Below are positions 27,101 to 39,100 of a DNA stretch of 64,000 bases, in pieces. The stretch spans positions 104,222,001 to 104,286,000 of the forward strand of contig OZ336878.1 of assembly GCA_965287045.1 (NCBI GenBank). The letters are read 5' to 3'. How positions within the stretch are numbered: the first letter of the stretch is position 1; every line of letters begins with the position of its first letter. The notes below the pieces were generated by a model. It saw nothing but the letters and a program-made list of their open reading frames with translations. It searched no databases and was not told the DNA's origin. The position numbers and the translations under genes were made by a program. This stretch comes from Carcharhinus amblyrhynchos (taxonomy: Eukaryota).

Positions 27101-30100
27101 CTTTTTTTCTGTTAATGCAATCTCTGTTTCAAACACGATTGAAATAATGTACACAACTCTGTGAAAGACGTAGTAGAATTCACTCATTTGACATAGAAGA
27201 AGTGCAGGTTCTCCAGAGTCTTTTCATGGATCGAAAAGTTAGACAATGAGGACTGACTGCATTAAGTACTCTTGCAGGATAATAAACTTAAATTAATTTA
27301 AAATATTCTTGGAATATTAAATTTCACTAAGGTTTTTAGGGTAATTATTAAAAGTTGATCTGCTATATGGAGAGAAGTTTTGCTGTTGCTGACAAAATCT
27401 AATGCGAAAGACATAAGTTTCTGAGTCAGATTTCCCTCCGTACAATTATTGGACGAGTTTAGAAATTAAGGCACCAGTTTCTTTCTGTGCTCAGGCGCCT
27501 ATCTAAATGACACTGACGACAACTTTGCTGGTATATATTATTTGATATTACGTTTCTAAGGAAAATTACTTTCTCGTAATTACACATTGAAGATCTTTTG
27601 ATGGCGTTACTCACCGCTCAGCTGTTGAAGTTTCTCGCATTTTTCGAGCTCTGAAAAGTTAAAAAGCAGACTTAAGTGTACGGTTCCAGAAATCTGGAAT
27701 GGCCTTTTCCATTTAGGCATAGCTTACTTTGTGCAGTTCTTGGGAGAGATTAGAAATGAATTCTGGTGCTCCATTTGCAGCCCTGATTTTTTCTTGCATT
27801 TATGCCAAGTTGTGTAAAAATCACATGTTTTCGGTTTCTGCCATTAGGAAAGTCACGTGGCAAAGTCTACGGTATAATCTTTTGATTTCGTATTACTTTG
27901 ATGCGTTTTATGTGATTGCTGCACTCCGTGTTCAAACATCCATACTGCTTAGGCGGCCCTATATATTAAAACGGCTAAACATTGCATAAAGTAACTAGAA
28001 TATTTTAAATTCCAGATTTTTACCATGACTTGCATCTTGAAGTTGTGACTCTATGAAATAGGAATGAAAGTAAGATATATAAAGAGGAAAGCGTAAACAG
28101 GTTGAATTTATATAACGATTTCAGTCTAATAAATCTTTCAATGGCACTTTTTAAACAATTATGAAACAAAATACTACAGGCAGATGATACCGTAGTTTTT
28201 TTTTAAAAAATCCTTCCTGAAGGAATGGAAACAGCGAAATACAGGAGGGAAGGGACGCGAGAATGGCAGACGGATGTATTTCAGAGGTCAGTGCCTTGGC
28301 AGGTGGACCATCGCCTGTGCTGTGCTTAAAATTCGGAAGGGTATAGGGATTGGAAATAGCCGAGCACAGTTATGAGGACGGCTGCAGACTGGCGCAATTC
28401 ACACAGATAAAGCGTAGAAACGCTTTGGAGGGTTCAATTAAGCGATCAATTAAATTAAGATTCTGAGATTTGCTTCAATCGAACGTGTTAAGTATGGGCA
28501 AGAGTGATTTGAATGACTTCAAGTTTACGCAAGGCAGAATTTCTTCTGGGGAGACAATGGCCAAGTGGTATTGTCGCTAGACTATTGATCAAGAAACTCT
28601 GCTAATATTCTGGATTCGAATCCTACCACACCAACCTGATGGAACGTGAATTCAATGAAAAATGGCTTGAAATTAATAATCTGCACGTAAGCATGAACGT
28701 ATGATGGACTGTCGGAAATATCCATCTGATTCACGAATGTCCTTTACGGATGGTAATTGGCTACCCTACCTGGTCTGGCCTGCTCTGGAACTCGAAAGGA
28801 CTACTCTGGAGCCACAGCAATGTGGTTGACTGCCCTTGGGCAACTCAGGATGCAATAAATGCTGGCCAGCCAGCGACGCCCATGTCCCACAAGTTAATAG
28901 AATAAAACAGGAGGCTGGCTTGCTTAATGGCGAGAGCGCCCCGTTTGAAAATAGGAAGGTCTCTTTCCAATGTTACCTCTTTTCTTCGCAAAATTTTAAT
29001 ATGATGACAATTAGAGATGTGTGGAGCAAGCGAGCGAGCGAGAGATATATGGACCAGCCTGGAGTGCATGAGCATATTCCAATCTTGAGTTAATTAAATT
29101 ACAATTCAAGTTTCAGCACCAGGTAAACTAAGAAAGTAACAAAGCTGGGTGATATTATGAAGGTGGACCGAATGTATACGTAATATATGACGAAACATCA
29201 TTGGTGAAGCAAGTTATTTAATTGCCCATTCTTAACTGCTCATGAGAATATACTTCTCATGGGCACTTAGGTCTACATTCTTGAGTTGCAGAAGCACATG
29301 TGGCGTAAGGTCAACCACAATACTGTTAGGATGAGCGTACTGTGGTTTGAATCCACGACACTAAGAAACGGAACTATAGTTCCAAATGAGGACGGTGTGT
29401 GTATTGGAAGACGTCGCGGAAGTGCTGGGTTTTCCAAATATGTTCTAACCTGGCTGTTCTCCGTGGTAGAATTTGCTGGTTTGTAAAGTCTTCACGGATG
29501 AGACTTAGTGAGTTGCTGCAGTACATCTTGTACTTGGTACACCCAGTTGCAACTTTGCGGCGGTGATGGAGGAAATGGATATAGAAGCTGTTAAATGGGT
29601 TAATAGTGAAGCAGGTTGCCTTGTTCTGGATGGCAACGAGCTTACTGCGTGTGTTGAAGCTGCACTCATCCGGGAAAATACAGAGTTCTCTATCACAATC
29701 CATGCTTGTAACTTGGAGATGGATGACAGTCTTTAGGATGTCAGAAAATGAGTTAGTCTCCACAGAATGCTTAGCATTTGATGTGCTCTTGTAGTTACAG
29801 CATTTATGTTGCTGGTCCAGTTCAGTTTCTGGTCGATGATAATGTCTGGATATTAAGCAATGTTCTTGACATTGAACGTGCAAGGGAGAAGGATGGGTTT
29901 TTTATGGAATGGCCATTGGCTCGCACTACTGTGGCGTATATGTTATATGCCAGTTATCAGCTGAAGACTGAACGTTGTCCTTGTCTTGCTGTGTTTGGAA
30001 AAAGTCTGCTTCAGAATGAATGGAGTCGTGATTGCACAATAATCAGAATTCCTCGCGACTCCATTCATTCTGAAGCAGCCCTTTTCCAAACACAGCAAGA

Positions 30101-33100
30101 CAAGGACAACGAAAAATCTTCATCTGCGTCATCAATGACTCTCCCTCCATCATAGGAAAACGATAGGGGTATTAGCCTATCGTTTTCCTATGGTGGAGGG
30201 AGAGTCATTGATGACGCAGATGAAGATTTTTCGCTCTGGAAATACCCTGAAGAATCGCAATCATGCTTCGCGATTGAAGTAATTCACAGCTAATGACAAC
30301 AGCTACCCTGCTCTGTGGTGGGTATATGACTCCAATCACTGGTTTGTTTCTCCCATTAATTCCCATTGATTACTGTTTCTGGAGGACTTATTCCACCAAA
30401 TCGGTAAGATGTTTGAATGATCAAATTTTCCAAGTGTCTTGGGCTTTGAATGGCCTAATTTAACGTTTAATAATTTCCAGGGAGAGGGATGGTGTCTGTA
30501 ACTAGGGAATAGAATTTGGACCAGGGATAAAAATCAACGTTTCAGTACTTGCAGTGTTTAGTTGAATGAACGTTATGTCCCCGCAATTCTATGTATTGGA
30601 TAGACCGGAAATCTGGCAAACGTAAAGCTGTTGGTAGAGGGGCTTTGGAGATAAATTGTGCACCCTGCTAAACGTTGATTGATCCTTGCAAACAGAAAAA
30701 CGTTCAGTTCTGTTGATGACCATTGGGACGTGGGCAGTCACTGTCGATTATGATTAATATGGCAGCCGTGGCATTTCGGAATGAAGCATTTGAGAATTCC
30801 TGTCCCTCTTGAGTTGAAAGCACTGTGCACCTTTAAGGTGAGCCTTTTCTTAAAAAAAAGTTTGGCATTTTAAACTAGCTTTTAAGAATTCAAGTCTATT
30901 TGAAATGATTGTCACTCGTATATTAATAATATTACTTTTCACAAAAGTGGCACTAACGCCAGGATACAACAGAATGGCCATTTTGTTTTACTGTGTTACA
31001 CAAGGTACAACCTGCTGTAAATCAATTAGATTTCTGAAACGGTTGACGTTTTGTTATAGTTTTTAGGTTGCTCTAAAACTACGAGACTTGTCGAAGTATT
31101 GACAGTGCTGGTGCAGAAAGAGAGTAAGCGTTTTTTGGTGCTTCATAGGCTTGGAGACACAAAGCTCCAAAAGAGGTCGCTCGGCCCATCGTGCCAAGCG
31201 CCGATCTATTCTAATCTCATTTTCCAGTACTTAGTCAGTAGCCTTAATGATATGGCGATTCAACTGCTCATATCATTTCCTCTCAAATTCTCCGAAGGCT
31301 CCTGCCTCTACCACTCTTTAAGCTAATGAGTTCCAGATTTCCACCACCCATTGAGTTAAAACTTTTTTCCCCTAAATCCTGCTCATTAACTGAAAAATAT
31401 GGCGCCTTGTTATTGAAACCTCTAGGTGGAATCGTGTTTTTCCGTTTACCCTATCTATGTCCTTTATAATTTTGTACTCCTCAATCATGTCCGTCCTCCC
31501 CACCCCCGTTTCTGACACGCCCCCCCCGCAACGCCCCCCCCCCCCCGCCACATCCTCCGTCAGCCATCTTTGCTCTAAGGGAAAAAAACTCTAGCATAAC
31601 CAGCCTCTCTTCATAATGAAAACGCTCCAGCATAGGCAACATCCTGCTAAATCTCCTCTATAGGGTTTCCACTGTGATTAAATCCTTCCTATAGTATGAC
31701 GTCCAGAAATGCACACAGTACGCGAGCTGTGAACTGACGCACATATTATAAAGCTTCATTATAACTCCCCTGCTCCTCTATCCTATCTATGTCTTGGCTA
31801 ATGAAGATAAATATCCCTTATGCTTTTTATCCATATTTCCTATCTGTCGTTCTGCTTTCAGGGATCTATGCACATGAACACCGAAGTTCCTCTGATCCTA
31901 TGTATTTCTGAACGTCCCACCGTTCCTTGCGTTTTTATCCTCCCAAAATGCATCATAGCACACTTTTCAGGTTTAGTGACGTTTCATTAACTAAATTACT
32001 CTCTCCAGGGATACTTCCAGACATTATAACTTTTTTTACATTATGGCTTACATACCTGCTACAAAACTATCACATTCTGTATCCATGAATGACCTCCTTC
32101 TGCACTGCAGGGATTCTATGATTCTGTTAAAAGAATGCTTTACTGAGCTGTCCTAAAACTATTACATTTATTATGCCTTGATATTTTTATGCGTAACACA
32201 AGACGCAACTCCTGTAATGCAGTTGGAATTCTGAATGGATTGGCAATTACGATTGTTGTTTGCACAGCTGATCTGATGTTGCATGACTTGCGAATGTGTT
32301 AGCAAATTGTATTGCTTGTTATATAGTTGCTCTAAAGACATTAAACTTCTGAAGACATTGAAAGTATTTTTCCGACTGATAAATGTAATATAAATGGACG
32401 CAACTGCTTGATATTCTCTGAAGCACAGGAGGGATTATCAATGGACAAATGACGCTCGCTGTTGGGGTATAATGAGTGGGATGAATGGACAAAGAAAATG
32501 AGTGGTGGATGAAATTTTGCTATAAAAATTGATGCTAAATTAAGTTAAATGAGACTTGGGGCATCGTGCTAGGTGGACTCAAGGACAACTTGTTCCACGA
32601 AGCCATCGGACTTTTGAATGGTATTCAAAACCTTGTATTAAGTTGTTCTTTCCCTACATCCCAGCTATGACTGTAAAACTATATTCGGCAACCACTCCCG
32701 TCTCTCTCTCTTTACAGTAAATTTTGTTTGCACAGCATGCAAGAAACAACATTTTCATTGCATGCTAATACATGTGACAATGATACAAACCAAATCAGAG
32801 TGTGGGTTGGAGCTGAATCTCACGGAATCAGATTCGTGTAGGAGTTAATTTCCATTACGTAAGAAATGAAGCAGGGATAATCGTATAAATTACAGGCCGG
32901 TCAGTCTGATGTCTATGGTGGGAAAGTTTTGAAGAAGATACTGAGGGACGGGATATATGCACATTTGAAAGAAATGGAATAGCTAGTGACAGGCAGCATG
33001 GTTTTGTACGGGGACGATCATGTCTCACCAACTTGATGAGTTCTTTGAAGAGGTGTCAAAGATTATTGATGAGGGAAAGGCTGTGGATGTAGGTTATATG

Positions 33101-36100
33101 GATTTAGTAAGGCATTTGTCAAGGTCCCACATGGAAGACTGGCATAGAACTGAAATCACATGGGATCGGGGGTGGGCTGACTAGAGGAACACAGAACAGG
33201 CTTGGTCCTAGGTGACAGAGAGTAATGGAGATCTGTCACTAGTAGTATTCCGCGGGGATTATTGCTAGAATCTCTGTTATTTGTAGTACATACAAGTATC
33301 TGGAAGAAAATGTTGGTGGTCTGTTGAGGAAGTTTGTGGATGACACGAAGGTTGATGGAGTTGCTGATAGAGCTGAGGATTGCCAGAGGATGCAACAAGA
33401 TATCGATAGACTGGAGAATTGGGCACAGATGCATTTTGGAGAATCAAATTTCGGTGTGAAAATGTGAAGATACAGTGGGATCTGGGCTTCAGGTTCACAT
33501 TTTCCTAAAAGGTGCAACACAAGTGTTCAAGGTGATTGAGAAGGCATATGTCATGCTTGCCTTCATTGGCCATGACATTGAGTATACGAGTTGGCAAATC
33601 GTGCTGCAGCTATGTAAAACCTTGGTTAGGTCCCATTTAGATTATTGACAGCTGTTCTGGTCGCCACACTACCAGAAAGATGTATAAGCTTTGAAAAGGA
33701 TGCAATGAATGTTCACCAGGATGTTGTCTGTTTTCGAGAGCGTTGACTAAGAGGAGAGGTTGAATAAATTAGAATTGTTGTCACTGGAAAAACAGAGGTT
33801 AAGGGAAGACCTGATGGAGCTCTACAAAATTATGAGAGAGATTGATATGATGGATCGACAGAAGCACTTTCCCAGGATGGAAGTGCCAATTACAAGAGCA
33901 TCTCCACTTCGTGATTACAAGGGAGCAAAGGTTCAAAATGAGTGGGAGAAGTTTAAGGACGATGCGTGGGGAAAGCTTTTCAAGCAGATTGGTAGATGCC
34001 TGGAATGTGCTATCTGAAGACAAGGAACATTAGCATCATCTAAGAGGAACCTGGATGTATGTATGGAGAGGGAGGGAACAGAGAGATGCAGACTAAGGGC
34101 AGAAGTTTTATTTAGTTTAGTTAGAGCATCATGATCGGTGCGGGATGAAGGACTAAAAGTCGTTTACTTTGTTCTTGGTTATTTGCTCAGCTTTGAAATT
34201 GTGAAAGTGTACTTTGAATAATTATTGCAGGAAATACATTACGACATATTTCATTTGACAATATTGCGCTCATTTAACGTTTCCACGTTTTTTTTCTTCG
34301 CACTTAGCTTGTAGAGGTATTATTCTTATCGGAATGACAGTCCAATAAAATACACATGTATGTATGATAGAACCATTATATGTATATTTCACCTAAAGTT
34401 TGTATGGTTTGTTTCAGTTTATTCATTTCTGAAAGATTAAAGAAGAAACATTTGAGATTTTATACTGTCTTGCACATTTATCGATTGCCATTAATTACAG
34501 TAAATTTAAGTGAAACAATTAACAGGAAAATTACGTGCATCATATTTTCATGGACTTTGCAATGATCAGCAGCGACCTTTTCCCAGGAACTGACAATATG
34601 GACAATAGGCACCACATTCGTATTCTATTAACTTCAAGTCAGGTAAAATTATGTAACTTCCATTCTATGCCCGCAGTGAGCATTCACTTGACTTGAAGCT
34701 TCAACAATGTTGAACAAGGCAACAATATCTGGCCAAAGTAGTTTGCTTCTTTAGGACTCCACACATAAAGATTTACTTTCTCAAATATGAGTTATAGAGG
34801 ATTCAATTTTAAGGAGAATAGACGGGCATTTCCGTGGACAGAAACGACAGTACAGGATAGTACGATGCCTACCTTGTTCTAGGATGAAGGATGTCTCAGA
34901 GCTATTACAGGGCATTTCTGAGGGGGAGGGTAAACAGCTTGTGGCTGTTGTACACATCGGGACAAATGACAGAAGTAAACAAATAGGTGAAGTCTGAAAA
35001 GCAGAATTGAGGGAGTTCACAATAAAATCAAGAAGGTTGTGATCTCAGGATCATTCCTTGTGCCATGTACTATTCAGTTAAAAAATATCAGGATATATTG
35101 GATTGTTACGTGGCTCAGCATATTCGGGGATGGTTTCCGATTCCTGGTGTACTAGAGCCGACTCTGGGGAAGATGGGAACAGTATAAGCTAAATCAGTTA
35201 CACCTGGGAAGGGCCAGGGCCGATGTCTGAGCGCTTGCTAAAGTGGTTGGAAAGTGTTTAGATCAAAATGGCAGGGGAATGGGAACCTATGCAAGGAATC
35301 AGAAGAGGAGGAATCAAGGGAAAAAACAAAGACAGAGAGGGAATAAGGAAAAGTGATTGGAAGAGAAAATAAGGGCTGGATTCAAAAAGTCCTTCACTGA
35401 AAAGTACTCGGAACATGGTAAGTAATGTTGACAAGACGAACTGAAAGGTTTAGCGCCATAATGCGTGGAGCATTGGCAATAAAGTGGATGATTTAATCAT
35501 GCGAATAAATGCAAATGGGTATGATATTGGGAGCGGCACGATGGCACGGTGGATAGCACTGCTGCCTCACAGGTCAGAAATCGGGTTAAATTCTAACCTT
35601 GGGTTACTGCCTGTGTGGAGTTTGCACATTCTTCCCATGTCTGCATTGTTTTCCCCCGGGGGCTGTGGTTTCCTCCCACTGTTCAAAGATGTGCGGGTTA
35701 GGTTGATTGGCTGTGCTAAAAAATTACCCCGGTGTCAGGGGAATTAGTGGGGTAAATATGTGGGGTTACGGGAATACGTCCTGGATGGGGTTGTGGTCGG
35801 TGCGGACTCGATGGTCTGAATGGTCTCCTTCTGCACTGTTCGGGATTCTGTGATTCCATAATATAGCCGCGATTAAAGAGACATAGCTGCAGGCTGACCA
35901 CGGGTGAAAACTGGACATCCAGGGGTATTCAGTTTTAGGAAGAAAAGTAAAGAATGGTGGGGAAGTAGAATTGCTAGATAAAGGGGAAATTATACATAAT
36001 GTTGAGGGAAGTTAGCTACGTCGATGTGGAATCGGTATAGCTAGAGCTAAGAAACACCAAGAAGCACAAAATGTTTGCAGCCGTTGTATATAGATCCTGG

Positions 36101-39100
36101 ATTGTTGTTGTGATGTTACAAATTACATTAAACAGGAAATTAGAGATGCATGTGATGAAGGAACATCTTTAATAATGGGTCAATTTAACTTGCATTATAG
36201 ATATGGGGGCCACTCATCTAACAAAGGGGCAAAACCCCCAAAGCTAGTGGCGTTTGCTACCAAAATTAAACCTGTTGGACTTTAACCTGGTGTTGTGAGA
36301 CTACTTACTGTGAACAACTGAATACATACCTTGGGTCTGTCTTAACAAAGGAGGATACACATAAATTACTAGAAACATTGGGGAACACAGGGTGTAGATG
36401 ATGGGTATTGAAGGAGATCATATGAGTGGAGAAATGGTGTTGGGTAAACTGATGGGGATGAAGGACAATAAATCCCCAGGGTCTGATAACCTACATTTCA
36501 GTATAATTATAGAAGCCACCCAAGAAATAATCGATGAATGGCTGGTCATGTTCTAAGAGTGTATATACTCTGCAATAGTTCCTATAGATTAGAATGTAGC
36601 TAGTGGAAACCCAATATTTTTAAAAAGGAGCTAAATAGAAAACAGTGAATTATAGACCAGTAAGGCTGACGTCGGCATTGGGGAAAATTCTAGAATCTAT
36701 ATTAATGATTTTATCGAAAAACACTCAGAAAGCACTGACAGTTTCGGACAGAATTTAAGAAAAATAAACATTGCTTGGCAAAGCTATTGAATCCTTGAAG
36801 ATGTAGCTGGTAGAGTTGATAAGTGGGAGACAGCGAATGTGGTTTATTTCGACCTTCTGAAGGCTTCTGATAAAATCCCACGTAAGAGATTTTAATTTTA
36901 AACTTCATTGGATTGAAGCTAATGCTTCAAGGTGGATAGAAAATTGGTTGGCAGATAGGATCCAAAGAGTAGGAAGATATGGGTACTTTCCGAAATGGCA
37001 GGCAGTACCTACTGGGGTGCTACAGAAATCAATGCTGGGACCCCAACTATACACGATATATATTAATGATTTAGGCGAGGGAACTAAATGTAGTGTCTTC
37101 AAATTTGCAGATAACACAAACTGAGCTGTGCGGAGAATTTACAGATCTTTTAGCCTGATTTGAGCAAGTACAGTGATTAGCCAATACAGTATAACTTGAA
37201 TATGTGTGAGGTTATCCAGCTTGGGAGCAATAAAGGGAAGGAAGATTACGACCTGCAGGTCCTTAAATTAGAAGAGGGGGGTGTGCAACAAGTCCTATGT
37301 ACCCTCATTCATCACCCACTAAAGTTAAGCATGTAGGTGTAGCAGGCAGTAAAAAAAGCATATGTTAATTTGGCCTTCGTAGTGCAGATTCAAATACAGG
37401 AAAGGGATTTCTTGATGCAATTATTCAGCGGCTTGGTGAGGTCACACCAGGACTATTGCGTGAAGTTTTGGCCTGTTTAGCTGAGGAAGTTTATTCTTGC
37501 TTTAAAGAGAATGTAAGACGGTTTACGAGACTCATTCCTGGGATGGCAAGACTGACGATATTGGGATATTGAGTTAGTAAGCATTGCATTCACTAGAGTT
37601 CAGAATAATGAGGCTGGGGTGGGGTGGGGTGGGGTGGAGTGGGGTGGGGCGGGGTGCTGGAGTGGGGGAGGAAAGGAGGGGATGGGGTTGATGCTGGAGG
37701 GCCCTCATTGAAGCAGATGAAATTTGATGAGATAGATGAAAACAACGACATTCCCACTGACGGGAGTGCCCAGTCTGCTGAGAATAAACGTAAACCATGT
37801 ACGGCCGAGATGAGGATACAATTCTTTACCAGAGTTTGAGTTCACTTACTAGTGTCACAAGTAGGCTTACATGAACTACAAATTTATTGTGAAATCCCTG
37901 AGTCGCTGCACTCCACATCTTGTTCGCATACACTGAGGGAGAATTTTAGCGTGGCGAATACACCTAACCAGCAGGTCTTTAGGACATTAGGAGGAAGCCA
38001 GAGCAGTCAGAGGAAACCCATGCATACACAGGGAGAACGTACAGACTCCCCAAAGACCGTTACTCAAGCTAAGAATCGAGCGTGTGTCCCGAGCGCTGCG
38101 CAGCAGCAATGCTGTGTGACTGCAGTGACCACTATGTCACTGCGCCGTCGGTTGTCAGAATTTGCTACCACAGAATGCAATGAAGTCACGCAATTGTATG
38201 TTTTCAGGAAGAATTCCGATATAGCACTTAGGGTGAAGGGGTTAAAGGATCTGGGGTGAAGGTGGGGTCAGGCATGATCATAATGAATGGCGAAGCAGCC
38301 TCGAAGGGTCGAATTGCCTCTTTTTCTCCTATAAGCTATGTTTCTATTATCTCCGGAGTCTTGGCAATGAGAACGTTTTGATGAAATGCAGACCTCTTAA
38401 ATGCATATTCACAGGTCATTATGGCATTGTTCTTTCGGTGAACCTGATGTGCAGACATGACTTTTGTGTTTCCTGCTTACAACACTGATTATGCTTTAAA
38501 AGCATTTTATCAGCCCTGATTCACTTTAGGAAGTATTGTGGCCTTGAAGAGTGAAGTAAAAATGCAAACCTTCCCTTTTCCGATTCCTAAGGTACAATAT
38601 TTGAAACTACGTTGCATTGTTTACAGCCTCAACGTTGTATTGGACTGCAACGGACGTACAATAACGGGGCACAACTTCACATGAAATGCAAAATCTTACT
38701 GAGAGTTTTTTGTATCTTTCCAATGGGTTCAATCTTTCATTATTTCCATTGAAACGGCATAGTTTTCGTGAGTTACGAATTGCAACTTGAAAATAGCATC
38801 TTATTTGCATTGATTTACATGTTTGGATGGTAAAGGCAACCAATAGCCTTCGTGGCAAATGCATTGAAAATACTGTCGATTTTTTATACAAACCCTTCCG
38901 CAAACAGTTTGGACGGCAAATAACCAACTTATATAAATTCCGCTGCCATATAAATTATAAATTGCAGATATATTTACCCTTGGCGTAACGCAAAGGCACG
39001 AGATTTTAACAATTAATTGTGATATTCTACTAATATATACCTGCAGTTTTGTTCGAAAGTCGATTTTCTAAAACAAAATGCAAAATAACAAAATCTTAAA

